Source: a virus. Taken from it: 64,000 nucleotides of DNA. Numbering within the stretch: the first letter of the stretch is position 1; every line of letters starts with the position of its first letter. The DNA is taken from positions 6,519-70,518 of IMG/VR virus record IMGVR_UViG_3300013093_000040; one strand, given 5' to 3'. This document shows, piece by piece, positions 46,389 to 57,411 of this stretch. The position numbers and the translations under genes are program-made. A model generated the notes under the pieces. It did not search any database and was not told the origin of the DNA. It worked only from the letters and a program-made list of their open reading frames with translations.

Positions 46389-49300
46389 TTAGGGTTTATT
46401 TGATATGTGAACATGAGTACTATGACCTTTGAATGGATAAGTAAGTACAACTTTTGGGTGACCCGATTCTCCCGTAACTGGATTTTCCACGTAACCCAAT
46501 ATCACCAACTGTTCAACGAAACTTGGAACATCTGTATTACTTGGACTTACCGCATTTCCATTTATTATGGCAACATCCACTGCATTTCCTATGGTATGTC
46601 TGCTCAAATTTCCGCTGCTCGTATCTATTTTATGGCCCGTTATGGCGGTCGTGATAGTCACAATTAATCCAGAATTCAAAGCGGCAGTATTAACATCTGA
46701 TAATAATTGAGGATTAATATCATCGTTCATGGGATTTCCCAAAAAAGTACTTCCACCTAATTTTATATTAGAATATAAACTTGAATTCACTGCAGGGTAA
46801 TTTGAATAATTTTTTAGTCCTTTAAAACTATCTATGGCTAAAGTCGAATCATCATTCAAAACAGGAGAATTTATTTGAGAATACGATGTATTCAATTTTC
46901 CAGTAGAAAAATCCTCTTTTCTTTTTAAAAAAATCATTTGACCTTTTATTTCAGTGATCCAAGTGTTAGATGATATATTATGAGTAACTCCCACAGTGGC
47001 AAATCCAACTTTTTTGTATATGGGAGTAAACTGATTATTTGTTTGTTGAGTCAGGCGCGCTGAAGTGTAGGTGTACGGTAACATCATTTCAGGAATTGTA
47101 AATGCTTGACCCATATAAAATCCTGAAATACCATCTAAAGAAAAATGCGCAGAAACGGGTATCATTGTCGATGCGCGGGTGACTGGATCTTCATTTTGTA
47201 CTTTTGTTATTCCGTTTATATAAAAATTTGTAGTTTGCGATATGTTTTCTTTTGATGGTTTAAAATCTTTTCCGTAGAATGAATATATTGTATTGTTAAA
47301 CAACACGGCAGAATCTATTAGAGAATTCGACGGATTTTTTGATATTTTACTAGAATCTTCATTTTTAACAGGGATATACCTATCTTTATAAAGGGTATTG
47401 TACACACCAAAACTACTTGCATTTTTTCCCAAACCCGCCTGATCTGAAGTATTTGAATTGGCAGATATTGCTATCATGTTTCCCAATTTTGTACCAACTT
47501 CAGTTTTAATATTAATGCTTCTTGCTATAGACTGTTTTCCGTAAACCGGGATTTCGTCGCTTGGTGAATTAGACATGTTAATAGCAGTATCACTTACAGC
47601 GTTTGATACCATTTTTTGTGACTCTGGTAAGGGTTGAACTTGATCATCGACTATAGCAAATGTATTAGAGGAATCAAAATACGCAAATCTAAAAGAATTT
47701 AAAGTGCCAAAATAATTATTCAGATCTTTTAATATTCTTTCAATAAATGGTTTTAAATAAACACTATTTGTACCATCACTTTGTGTGTATTCTTGTATAG
47801 TATCCATTAAATATTGAATAGATATTAAAATTTTCATAGTTTTTCCTTTATACACTCCACTATTTTTGCCAGATTCTATTCTGAATTTTGGTAAATCTTT
47901 AGATATAAAATCATCAGTACTAGGATCAAATAATTTTGTTTTCGTTTGAGTATTTAAATTATCTCCAGTATTTTTAGATATTGATTGCGCTTTTATGTAA
48001 TTTCCATCTAACACATTAGGAGGAAATATTTTTTTATAATCATTTAAAGAAGTTTGCATTGGAATTAAAAAATCAAATACATTAGTACTAAATTGCGTAG
48101 GTTGAGATAAACACAAATTAGTTTCTGGATTATAATCTATATAAGTAAGAGGTTTTATAACTTTATTAGAAGAATTTGTAGTTGATCCTTCAACTTCTAC
48201 TTGATCTTTAATATTAGAAACTTCTGATATTGTTCTATCGTAAATTGTTGACAAATTATTTAATAACATCAATAAAAATCCAAATTGTATATACACTGGA
48301 AATAAAATCTGTATATCTCCTTCGTTAGACGGATTTGTGCTATAAGGTAAAACATAAGTTTTTAATAAATCTTTATAATCCACTTTGAAAATTCCATCGG
48401 GATTTTGTGAATTTTGCCCCGGTTCATGACCACCCAATATCCCGCTTGCAAAACCGTACTTAGAAAATATTTTTAATTTTACATCGTCTTTTGCATTATT
48501 CAAAGAAGATACATATTGTTCATTAAGTCCAAATCCACTATCATCTGTAATTTTATCATCAACCAAATCTCCTATAAAATTTTTAAACACGCCCTCTTGA
48601 AATAATTTTGTTAAAAATGATCTATTTTTTGATTCTGCTAAAGAAACTACAGATATTTTTTTATCGGATATAGATCCAGAATTTGTTGTGTAAAAATTAG
48701 AAGATGCTTTATTTAAAGCATATAATTCTATAGATTTTAAAGAAAATTCTATATTAGATTGGTATTGAAGTGCGTATTTAACTTGATTTGCAATGGCTTC
48801 TTCATCCACAGCTGCGGGTTCTACTTTTTGATAACCAACTTGTTGTTCCGCATATTCTGAAGGTTCAGGAGGTGTCGCCGCAGCATTTGCAAAACTTACT
48901 TTGTTTATTATGGCGACATCGTTAGTTTCAATATTTACGAAAATATTCATTTTACCCTTTTTAGAATAAAGGGTATTTTGATAAATTCCGTTTGATACTG
49001 CATTTGTAAAAACCTCAGAGGCGTTAGAATTTTTAATTATATAAAAATACGGTACATCAACCGTTAATGAATATTTCATGAATAATTTTGGAGCAACTGT
49101 GGTAGTCCTTTGATTATTCGCATTATTATAATTAAATTTGCTCATAGACAAAGAAACCAAAGAAAATTGATGATCTATGTCTGTTTGTTGCGCATTTAAA
49201 AAATTAACTATTGTGTCTTCAATAGAATTTCCAGAATTATATTCAGACCCAAAATTCATTTTTATCATTGGAACTCCCAACAAACTATCACTGTATAACT

Positions 49301-51119
49301 TTTGAGTAAAACTATCAGCTATCTTTACAAAAGAATTTTCGTTTGATGAATTACCTTGGCTAAGCGCTGAAATGAATGGGTTATCAACACCCAGACCTAG
49401 TATATTTTGGGTGGTATTGTTTATTAAATTTCCTAGATTCGGTTGTACAGGATTTGAACTTTCGTCAAGCAATTGAATTTTAGGGCTTCCATTTTGTTGT
49501 GCTAGTGTTAAAGCCACATAAAAATATGCATCGTCTGGTTTTGAATTTAACCCTTCTGAAGCTGCATTCGCTATATCACTGCTATATATTATTTGGCTTG
49601 GAGAAGATATCGGACCGACGAACATTGGAATATCTATTTCTATTTGTTGATATTTTCCTGGTGATGAGGATTTTAATAATTCTTCATATGTATTATATGT
49701 TGTGAAATCAGAAGTTATTTCAGAAATAGTACCCAAAAATCCACCGCCGTACGGTTGTATATAATATCCGCCTCCCAATTGAACTGAACCATAGGATGAC
49801 GTAGGTTCAATTAAATATCTCCAAAAAGATCCTCCATAATTATTAGACCATTTAGAAGCTTGATTAAATATATTATTTAAATAAGATGTATCTATTGTTA
49901 CAAATGTATTGTATTGATTTTGACTTTGACCAGATAAATAAGTTTTACTATCCCCTAAAATTGTTTTTATAGATTGGATTGAATATAAATTACCATCAAT
50001 TCCATTTTCAGTAAATTCTTTATTATATCCCCCTTTAGAATCTGTATAATATTGTAAAATAGTTATTGGACTATTTGATGCACTAGTTAAATCGTCGTAA
50101 GATAGTAATTTACCTTGCTGTTGTGCATTTTTTATCTGAGATAGTTGTTCCGCGCTTTTTTGTGCTATATCTGAATTTGTTGCATTTGCATTTGCTTGAG
50201 CCAACAAATGAGCTAAAGTTTCAGCATATATTTTTAACTGTTCTTTTGCTACTTCCGGTAATGTCGCATCGTGATTTATTTTTATTGATTCTCCTATTGT
50301 TCCCAATCCAATTACTCGTAAAGAACAATCATAACCCCCATCTTGATTATAACTAAAATCAAAATTACTCACCAATCCAAGCATAGCATCATAATTTCCT
50401 TCTGTGGATCTTACATTTTTTGTGATTTGTAAATTTATACTTTCTTTAGTTTGATTGGGAGCAAAAGGATCTATAGAATATAATTCAGAATAATCGTATA
50501 TAGGATTTTTATTCGTTAAATTAAGTTTAGTGAAAACTGTATTTCCCCACTCTATTAACATGCTATACCCAAGTTTAAAATACAATGCGTCGATTATGTC
50601 TAATTGCATTTTATCCCAAACTTTAAAATTAATAGTAGCCATTCTAACAGATCCCAATCTACCTTGAGTTTCTATTCTAGCGTCAGTAATTCCCGGCATT
50701 GGTCTATAACCATAATTTTGAACTTCTGAAGACCCTAAAATTCCGTAGGATCCATCCGGACTTAAACCCGATCTTAATTGGTAATTGGGGGGATTTAAAG
50801 ATTGAGCACTATTTTGAGAAGGATTTAAATATTTAGAAGTTCCACCGTAAAGAATGTAATTTTTTGCTAAACTAGTTATGTCTGATAATGTGCTTCTTAT
50901 TTCTGGATCCAATAAATTTTTAAAATAATCTAGATCTGATGCTGTAACATTAACGGAAGACACCACTCTTATCCATGCAGTTTTATTAGCTAAATACAAT
51001 AAATTATCATCATCCCTATGACTTAAAGAGTTAACTGTATATCTTGCAAATAATTGATTTTTTAACCAAGTCGGCATTGCTGCCCCCAGTATATTAGTTA
51101 TTTTATTATCTAAAGCCAT
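46389..51119 (-). CDS. Large baseplate hub / tail protein with C-terminal M15-like zinc peptidase
   Basis: RPMPGI, IEWG and GNYDAMLG hub-like motifs; C-terminal SRH..GNAVD...HVH. Confidence 0.7.
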   Translation of the reverse strand: MALDNKITNILGAAMPTWLKNQLFARYTVNSLSHRDDDNLLYLANKTAWIRVVSSVNVTASDLDYFKNLLDPEIRSTLSDITSLAKNYILYGGTSKYLNPSQNSAQSLNPPNYQLRSGLSPDGSYGILGSSEVQNYGYRPMPGITDARIETQGRLGSVRMATINFKVWDKMQLDIIDALYFKLGYSMLIEWGNTVFTKLNLTNKNPIYDYSELYSIDPFAPNQTKESINLQITKNVRSTEGNYDAMLGLVSNFDFSYNQDGGYDCSLRVIGLGTIGESIKINHDATLPEVAKEQLKIYAETLAHLLAQANANATNSDIAQKSAEQLSQIKNAQQQGKLLSYDDLTSASNSPITILQYYTDSKGGYNKEFTENGIDGNLYSIQSIKTILGDSKTYLSGQSQNQYNTFVTIDTSYLNNIFNQASKWSNNYGGSFWRYLIEPTSSYGSVQLGGGYYIQPYGGGFLGTISEITSDFTTYNTYEELLKSSSPGKYQQIEIDIPMFVGPISSPSQIIYSSDIANAASEGLNSKPDDAYFYVALTLAQQNGSPKIQLLDESSNPVQPNLGNLINNTTQNILGLGVDNPFISALSQGNSSNENSFVKIADSFTQKLYSDSLLGVPMIKMNFGSEYNSGNSIEDTIVNFLNAQQTDIDHQFSLVSLSMSKFNYNNANNQRTTTVAPKLFMKYSLTVDVPYFYIIKNSNASEVFTNAVSNGIYQNTLYSKKGKMNIFVNIETNDVAIINKVSFANAAATPPEPSEYAEQQVGYQKVEPAAVDEEAIANQVKYALQYQSNIEFSLKSIELYALNKASSNFYTTNSGSISDKKISVVSLAESKNRSFLTKLFQEGVFKNFIGDLVDDKITDDSGFGLNEQYVSSLNNAKDDVKLKIFSKYGFASGILGGHEPGQNSQNPDGIFKVDYKDLLKTYVLPYSTNPSNEGDIQILFPVYIQFGFLLMLLNNLSTIYDRTISEVSNIKDQVEVEGSTTNSSNKVIKPLTYIDYNPETNLCLSQPTQFSTNVFDFLIPMQTSLNDYKKIFPPNVLDGNYIKAQSISKNTGDNLNTQTKTKLFDPSTDDFISKDLPKFRIESGKNSGVYKGKTMKILISIQYLMDTIQEYTQSDGTNSVYLKPFIERILKDLNNYFGTLNSFRFAYFDSSNTFAIVDDQVQPLPESQKMVSNAVSDTAINMSNSPSDEIPVYGKQSIARSINIKTEVGTKLGNMIAISANSNTSDQAGLGKNASSFGVYNTLYKDRYIPVKNEDSSKISKNPSNSLIDSAVLFNNTIYSFYGKDFKPSKENISQTTNFYINGITKVQNEDPVTRASTMIPVSAHFSLDGISGFYMGQAFTIPEMMLPYTYTSARLTQQTNNQFTPIYKKVGFATVGVTHNISSNTWITEIKGQMIFLKRKEDFSTGKLNTSYSQINSPVLNDDSTLAIDSFKGLKNYSNYPAVNSSLYSNIKLGGSTFLGNPMNDDINPQLLSDVNTAALNSGLIVTITTAITGHKIDTSSGNLSRHTIGNAVDVAIINGNAVSPSNTDVPSFVEQLVILGYVENPVTGESGHPKVVLTYPFKGHSTHVHISNKP

Positions 51120-51428
51120 TTACCTAACTGTATTTATTTGATTGTAACTATTGATAATTGGTAACACATTCGATGGAATTCTTAATTGTGTACCTGGGGG
51201 AGGATATATAGAATCTCCAGGAAGTGAATTGGCTGATGCGAGTATCCACCAAAAATCAACATCCCCGTAATAATTTTGTGACAATAGATCTAAACGATCA
51301 CCTAAAGTGGTTATAACATAACTATCATTGTCGGATAGCGGAATGTCAGGATAAACGCTATTTACATACAACACACTTCCCGTATTGTAAGAATTCGTGG
51401 TCGATGTATTTTGATATCTATTGTACAT
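51120..51428 (-). CDS. LysM / gp53-like baseplate protein
   Basis: GDRLDLLS..YYGD..FWWILASAN...QLRIP motif. Confidence 0.85.
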   Translation of the reverse strand: MYNRYQNTSTTNSYNTGSVLYVNSVYPDIPLSDNDSYVITTLGDRLDLLSQNYYGDVDFWWILASANSLPGDSIYPPPGTQLRIPSNVLPIINSYNQINTVR

Positions 51429-51439
51429 TATTCTATCAA

Positions 51440-53317
51440 TTAAAAATTAGAAGCAAAGCTAGTAAAACCTGGAGCGGGTGTAACGTTTTCCAATGGAACT
51501 ATATCTGCGGTTTTTGTTGTACCTACTGGTGGATTAATAAAATAGTAATTTTTATTTCCTCCCGACCATCCAATTATAGCGGATCCTGTCACAGCTCCAG
51601 ATGTTGAATCTATCGTATTTCTTCTTGGAAGATCATTAAATATTGGTTTAAAATCAATATCAACATTTATCATTTTTGGAAGCTGATAAAAATTTCCATC
51701 TAAATTTGTTTCCCATGTTGTATTTTCTTCGATCGATAAATTTACATTAGTTAAAAAACCGGGCATTCTGTATAAATAATCTCCTATGGTAACCTTAACA
51801 AGAGGAGCTCTCATAATTCCGCTATTAGAGTAGTCCGGATATACTTGAGAAACTAAGTAATTTAATTTATTGTATAGTGGTATTAATTCGTCCTTTGAAA
51901 AAGCTACAATTTTAAAACCAAAACCTATCGATCTATTAAACCCTTGATATGTGTGAAAAGTTTCTCCCCTACCCATGTATTTAAATGAATTCAATTCTGC
52001 TTGATGACTATCACTAATTCCTCTGGTTAGGAAAGCCCTAAAATAAAGTGGCACAGATTGACCTGGATTATCATTGCTCATGCACTCAAAACCAAATTTT
52101 ATCATATCATCATTTTCCGCTCCTTGGACTATATTTTGAAAAGGATCTTCACTCACAAGTTTTAAATTAGTCATATCAGCATTCATCTTATCCACAGATG
52201 CACTAGTATAAAATCTAACATCAACTCCTTGTTTTTTCGTCCACAAATAACTACCAGAAGGAGCACCTGTCGTGTACCTAAAATCATTAAGTATAGTAGA
52301 ATTTCTATTTCTAGTTCTTGTACTATTTGCAATAGTTGCAGCTGTATTATTTTGAGCACTTCTTATGTCCTCGTAAGTCATAGTAAATACGTTTGGAAAT
52401 AAATCACTCGTTACATCACTATCAGTTAAATTGTAAGCGTCAGAACTATTTACTGCTCTAGCTATTGTTGTATTTCCTATTCCATAAGAAGATCCTGGAC
52501 CTCCAGGATAATCAAATAGTAAAGAAGTTTTAGCCGATATTCCCAAACTTATTGCATTGTCAGAAAGTTCTACTGTTTGATTGGCTGAAAATCCTGAAAT
52601 TAATTTGCTGACTTGCAGCATTAATAACCTATTTATTTGGGTTAAATCTGTACCGGGTCCAATAGATATTTGTTGACCCACTACGTCTGTATAATATCGT
52701 GCATTTGTATCTATTGGTACATCACTGCCATCGTAAGGTATGTGAATTCCAGTTCCCGATGCAATTACTTGAGCTAATAAACTTCTTCCCTTGTTATAGT
52801 ATTGGTTATTATTCCCAGTTGATGTATAAGGTAATTGTCCGCCTTGACCTATAAGGACTCCCAATAATCCCTGCAATCCATTAAAAACCGCAGACGGGGC
52901 TCCTGTTTCCATTAGCGGATTAGAAGCCACCAAACCCAACTGTTTTTGTATAAATTGTGGACCTCTTGGTGCGTCTTTTAAAAATTTTTGTATTCTATCT
53001 TTATCTATTTGTGCAGCTAAAGTATAACTAAGATCTCCCGCATTTCCAGTTAAAGAGCCTCCCCTTATGGGATAATCCAATCCCGTATTATTATTCTGCC
53101 AATAATCAGTTATAAGAGGTGTAGCTAAATTTGACGGTATGGGAAAAGTTTCATAGGGTTGACCTGAATTTCCTCCACCCACTCTGTCCATTCCAAATTT
53201 CAGATCTTTTAAATTAGTTTTTAAATCAACTAATCTCACAACTCTTTGACCGTATCTTGGAAAAGTTGGTGCAGGAGGTCCTGGTTGGTTTAAATTTGAT
53301 AGCGACGGATTCGGCAT
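51440..53317 (-). CDS. Baseplate / tail-tube initiator-like protein
   Basis: C-terminal FRAFL...YMGRGE..Y.GF.R...APL...GD...PG motifs; follows the tape measure gene. Confidence 0.65.
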   Translation of the reverse strand: MPNPSLSNLNQPGPPAPTFPRYGQRVVRLVDLKTNLKDLKFGMDRVGGGNSGQPYETFPIPSNLATPLITDYWQNNNTGLDYPIRGGSLTGNAGDLSYTLAAQIDKDRIQKFLKDAPRGPQFIQKQLGLVASNPLMETGAPSAVFNGLQGLLGVLIGQGGQLPYTSTGNNNQYYNKGRSLLAQVIASGTGIHIPYDGSDVPIDTNARYYTDVVGQQISIGPGTDLTQINRLLMLQVSKLISGFSANQTVELSDNAISLGISAKTSLLFDYPGGPGSSYGIGNTTIARAVNSSDAYNLTDSDVTSDLFPNVFTMTYEDIRSAQNNTAATIANSTRTRNRNSTILNDFRYTTGAPSGSYLWTKKQGVDVRFYTSASVDKMNADMTNLKLVSEDPFQNIVQGAENDDMIKFGFECMSNDNPGQSVPLYFRAFLTRGISDSHQAELNSFKYMGRGETFHTYQGFNRSIGFGFKIVAFSKDELIPLYNKLNYLVSQVYPDYSNSGIMRAPLVKVTIGDYLYRMPGFLTNVNLSIEENTTWETNLDGNFYQLPKMINVDIDFKPIFNDLPRRNTIDSTSGAVTGSAIIGWSGGNKNYYFINPPVGTTKTADIVPLENVTPAPGFTSFASNF

Positions 53318-53319
53318 TG

Positions 53320-55695
53320 TTAATTTTTAATATATTCTCCTATGTGTCCTGATTGATGATCCATTAGTGGTGTATGAGATTCACTCATCACTTTTGTTAG
53401 AGTTTTACCCGATATAGGATCTACATAAACTGCAATATTGTTATTTACTATTGGTTTATTTCCTACTGTCGTAGTAGATGAAGCTAAGGGAATTTGAGTA
53501 TTTGTGTTTACTGGATTAATTCCTCCCATGTCTGAAGCGTTTATAGAAGCTCCACCACCTCCTCCGCTTCCGCCGGCGGAGATACTCGCTAATGTCGCTA
53601 AAAGTACTGGTATTAAACCTAATCCTATGGGTCCAAGCCACGAAACCAATTTTGCACTAGCATCTGCTTCATCGAGCGCAAGTTGTTCTGTAGTCGTTAC
53701 TTTTCTAGTAGTATCTAATATATTCCCTTCTTCGTCAAGCGTAAGTTCTGTAATTTTAGTTTGTAACTTTCCTCTTTCTAATACGGCTGTTTGTGCCGCT
53801 AACATTTTTTGTCTTACACTATAAGCTACTATTCCGCCTATTACCGTAGAAACAGCAATCAAAGTGCCTTTAAGATTTTCTATATTACCTAAAAATTCTA
53901 AAACTTTATTTGCAGCGTTTGCCAAACCTTCTGTCATTCTTCCAACTTCGTCTGCTATTCTTTCTTGTAAAGCTGCTTGTTTTTCTTGTACAGATGCTTT
54001 TTTAGCGTCTTCTGCCGCTTGTTCACCCATTATTTTAGATATATCTTCAAATTTTAGTCCCCTTTTAACCAAAGCATCGTATTGTTCTTCTTGAGAAGCC
54101 GCGGCTAAATTTCCTAATTCATTTTGTTTTTGTTGAGTTCTATATATCTCGTCTAATTGATCTTTAGAAAGTCCTAAAGCTTCTGCAAATGACTGTTGTT
54201 GGAGCACATTCATCTTATTATATTCTCCAAAACTCATCATTTTACTGTTCAACTCTTTCATTAAACCATCAGTATCGTGATTCAACGCAAGCTCTCTAGC
54301 TTTTGATAGGTTTAAATCTTTTCCTGTTAACAATTGAGCTTCAAATTCTTTAGAAATACTTGATTCGAAGTCCAACATGGAATCTCCAGCTTTGGCAATT
54401 GTATCCAAAGTAGTACCCATTTTTTTAGCTTCAATAACTGATTTAGTTAAAGCCGTTAAATTACCGTTAAAATTATTAAATATTGTTGCCGAAACTTTAG
54501 ATACGGCTTCCAGTATCTGTTTCTCGCTCATGTTTATTTTTAATCTACCTGCTTCCGCTTTACCTATTCCAACTACAGTCGCGTAAGATTGAGAAAGAGT
54601 AGCACCATTCTTAGCAGCAAAAACCTGTAACATTTCCATGCTTTCTGCGCTGGCGCCAATTCTTCTTTGGAGCTGAGACGAAGTTGTTAAAAATTCTGCG
54701 TTTGCGGGCTCCAAGATTCCCATTTGATCGGTCATCTTTGTGTACTCTTCAGCCAATTGTTTACTGGTTAACCACGCTCTTCCTGAATTTATCGATATGT
54801 TTTGGAATTCTGCTTGTAATTTAGCTGCTTGCGTTACACTTAAACCCAAAGCTGAAGCCACTTCAAATTGTTTGCTTTGGTATTTTATTGAAAGACTTAC
54901 TAATTTTGAAGTTATATCATATATTCCCTTTAATATGGCCAAAGGATCTGTTAGCGCTTCGCCTATAGATAGAAAAGAAGCTTTTATTCCCGCCCCTAAA
55001 ACTCCCCATTTACCTTTGTTTTCTTCAGCGGCCTTTCTCATTTTTTCAGAGATTTCATCCATCTTGAGTAAAGATCCTACGCCCAATTTATCCATCACTC
55101 CCCCTAAAGCTTTTATGGCATTACCAGCCAAACCGAGTTGTTGAGTTATTTGTTTTTCTTTTATAAGTCTTGCAGAAATGAAAGCTTCAATCCTCTTAAA
55201 ATAGCTTTGTTCATCGGATAATGCAGAATTTATCTCTGTGAAATAATCCAGTTCCTTAGCACTTAATTCTTTTTTAGCCGCCAATTCGTCTCTAGCTTGA
55301 GTTAAAGCTTGCACATTTTTTTGTAATTTTTGTTGCATGCTTTTTAACTCTCTTTCTGAAAGTTGAATTATGTCATCTTGATCTGATTTTAATTCATCTG
55401 ACAGATTCACAATGGATTTGAAAGCTTTATCTATATCTTTTGTTGCTCGTTCTGTTTTTGAAATATCTCTCCACGCTTCTCTCAATTGCGAGCCTAGATC
55501 CTTTATATATCTATTTATCTCGCTAAACTCATTTCTCCAGTCTTTAAGAAGTTGCTTAATATTTGAAGCATTCTTTTCTACGTCCTTAAAAGCTTTAAGA
55601 TCAAAATCCTTACCCAATTCTCTTTTAAGTTTTTCGAGTTCGGCTAAATCTTTTCTTAATTGTCCAGGATTTTTATTTTCTCCAGCTTCTGCCAT
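53320..55695 (-). CDS. Tape measure protein
   Basis: Long helical Ala/Leu/Lys-rich ORF downstream of the tube and chaperone genes. Confidence 0.8.
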   Translation of the reverse strand: MAEAGENKNPGQLRKDLAELEKLKRELGKDFDLKAFKDVEKNASNIKQLLKDWRNEFSEINRYIKDLGSQLREAWRDISKTERATKDIDKAFKSIVNLSDELKSDQDDIIQLSERELKSMQQKLQKNVQALTQARDELAAKKELSAKELDYFTEINSALSDEQSYFKRIEAFISARLIKEKQITQQLGLAGNAIKALGGVMDKLGVGSLLKMDEISEKMRKAAEENKGKWGVLGAGIKASFLSIGEALTDPLAILKGIYDITSKLVSLSIKYQSKQFEVASALGLSVTQAAKLQAEFQNISINSGRAWLTSKQLAEEYTKMTDQMGILEPANAEFLTTSSQLQRRIGASAESMEMLQVFAAKNGATLSQSYATVVGIGKAEAGRLKINMSEKQILEAVSKVSATIFNNFNGNLTALTKSVIEAKKMGTTLDTIAKAGDSMLDFESSISKEFEAQLLTGKDLNLSKARELALNHDTDGLMKELNSKMMSFGEYNKMNVLQQQSFAEALGLSKDQLDEIYRTQQKQNELGNLAAASQEEQYDALVKRGLKFEDISKIMGEQAAEDAKKASVQEKQAALQERIADEVGRMTEGLANAANKVLEFLGNIENLKGTLIAVSTVIGGIVAYSVRQKMLAAQTAVLERGKLQTKITELTLDEEGNILDTTRKVTTTEQLALDEADASAKLVSWLGPIGLGLIPVLLATLASISAGGSGGGGGASINASDMGGINPVNTNTQIPLASSTTTVGNKPIVNNNIAVYVDPISGKTLTKVMSESHTPLMDHQSGHIGEYIKN

Positions 55696-55728
55696 TTAGT
55701 GCGTATTTCATATAAATATCAATGAGAG

Positions 55729-56019
55729 CTACTTTTTACGAGACTTTACCCTAGAGACAAAATTGGGTAAGTTAACATTTTGATTTGGCGCATCTTTAAA
55801 CGATCTAAGATCTGACTTTGAAGTAATAGTATTTTTGCCCTGAGCTTTCTCATACTCTTGGCGCTCTTTGTCGTAATAGTCCTTTATACTATTATAGGTA
55901 AATCTTCTGATCCAAACGGGCATATCGTATACGACATCCCATGAATATCCGCCTTTACCGTGGAATGCTATTTCGTGTATTTCTTGAAATATGCGAGCTC
56001 TATCACTAGGAGTTAGGGT
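55729..56019 (-). CDS. Tail assembly chaperone extension (frameshift partner)
   Basis: Frame open from the T7 run: TLTPSDRARIFQEIHEIAFHGKGGYSW...YDMPVWIRRF. Confidence 0.65.
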   Translation of the reverse strand, partial: TLTPSDRARIFQEIHEIAFHGKGGYSWDVVYDMPVWIRRFTYNSIKDYYDKERQEYEKAQGKNTITSKSDLRSFKDAPNQNVNLPNFVSRVKSRKK

Positions 56020-56755
56020 AAAAAAATGAAAAGCCCATAGGTATTTCTACACCCTCCTCTGTGTAGCCATCCGATCCTACGAAAGTAAATGTCATGTCCA
56101 AATCAGGAGCAATGTTTTTCATGTATTCTCTTAAAGCTTTTGCGTCTGAAGCTATTAGACCGTCATCAACAAAAGATCTGATAGTTTTTGGATCACGATC
56201 TCCGTTTATAGAGATTATAACGTGACGTAATCTTGTGGTAATTTGGCTAGAAATATTGATCTTTTTATTGCTTGCTATTTCCGATTCTATTTTCTTTTCT
56301 ATTTCGTTTGTGGCCAATTTAAAAGTCACTTCGTTACTTGTATTAGGAAGAGTAAAAGTAAATTCATTTTTATTTTGAAATATGGAATAATCTACTTTTT
56401 TGTTTTCTATTTTTGAAAGATCAATCACAAAAGGCTCTTCCTCTCCTGTGTTTTTATTTAAGTAACTAATCTTATAATCTTTACCGTAACCCAAAACTCT
56501 TGCCGCAACTAATAAAGCATTTTTATCTCCAATGGTTAAATCATCGTAATTAATTTTGGATACTATCAGGGACTGCAGAAGTTTATCAAAAACGAGTCCT
56601 GACTTAACTAGGTTCATGTTTGTTAAGATGTCTTCGTGCTTTGCCGTCATGTACTTTATTTCTACTTGACCTGATGATAGGGGATTTTCTTTTGGGTATA
56701 AAAGCCCTTTGGAAGGTAGTTCTACTATTTCTGTAGGAAATTTAAAATCTGACAT
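56006..56755 (-). CDS. Tail assembly chaperone / gp26-like protein
   Basis: LPSKGLLY, KYMTAKHEDIL and GDKNALL.AAR..GYG motifs; ends FFYP. Confidence 0.75.
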   Translation of the reverse strand: MSDFKFPTEIVELPSKGLLYPKENPLSSGQVEIKYMTAKHEDILTNMNLVKSGLVFDKLLQSLIVSKINYDDLTIGDKNALLVAARVLGYGKDYKISYLNKNTGEEEPFVIDLSKIENKKVDYSIFQNKNEFTFTLPNTSNEVTFKLATNEIEKKIESEIASNKKINISSQITTRLRHVIISINGDRDPKTIRSFVDDGLIASDAKALREYMKNIAPDLDMTFTFVGSDGYTEEGVEIPMGFSFFYPNS

Positions 56756-56825
56756 AAATTGTTTGTTTTAATATAAATATACAAATACAATTTTTTCAGA
56801 CATAAAAAAAGACCGCGGTGAAAAG

Positions 56826-57380
56826 CTATTTATTTATGAATTTTGCTTTTTCTGCTGCTGATAGATTGACAATCACTTCATCATCGTCTGCAATTCCGTC
56901 TGCAAAAATTACAGGATATCCTTTAGGTAGTGTATAAGACCGCATAGTCCTATCTTTTCCTCCGTAGGTTGATTCATTTTTATTTACAGTATATGAATTC
57001 CAACCTTGATCATAATTAGTATTATCGTATCTATATATAATTAACGGATCTTGCAGTTTTGTTTTATTCGCCACAGAAGTCATCATTTGAAACAATCTAT
57101 TTTTATCAAATACTGCTACGCCTTTATTCATTGTTGGAGGTTCATCACTCATCCAATCTTGAAGATCTTCGTCAGAGTCTGCATTTCTATAGTACTCCTC
57201 AAAAGTTTTTTTAGTGATTTTTTCGTCAACTATTTTTGAAATTGTATCTGGAATATTATGATACGAAAGGTATAAAAGATGTCCCCAAGCTTTAATTAGA
57301 CCAAGTTCCCAAGTATCATATTTAGATTGATACTGTGATTGGTCAATTATTTCTTTTAATAGAGTCTCTAATTTAATCAT
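56826..57380 (-). CDS. Hypothetical protein with MIKLETLLKE N-terminus
   Basis: Has its own TATTTAT motif upstream. Confidence 0.6.
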   Translation of the reverse strand: MIKLETLLKEIIDQSQYQSKYDTWELGLIKAWGHLLYLSYHNIPDTISKIVDEKITKKTFEEYYRNADSDEDLQDWMSDEPPTMNKGVAVFDKNRLFQMMTSVANKTKLQDPLIIYRYDNTNYDQGWNSYTVNKNESTYGGKDRTMRSYTLPKGYPVIFADGIADDDEVIVNLSAAEKAKFINK

Positions 57381-57411
57381 ATCTTAATTTTAAATAAATA
57401 TATATAGAGTT

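Noticed and set aside
26591-55699. Plus-strand ORFs antisense to groEL, the helicase, the tape measure gene and others
   Set aside because: Shadow ORFs arising from codon bias of the minus-strand genes.
56803-56825. Terminator downstream of the 184-aa gene
   Set aside because: A T run is present but only a weak partial stem; possibly a remnant, not supportable.
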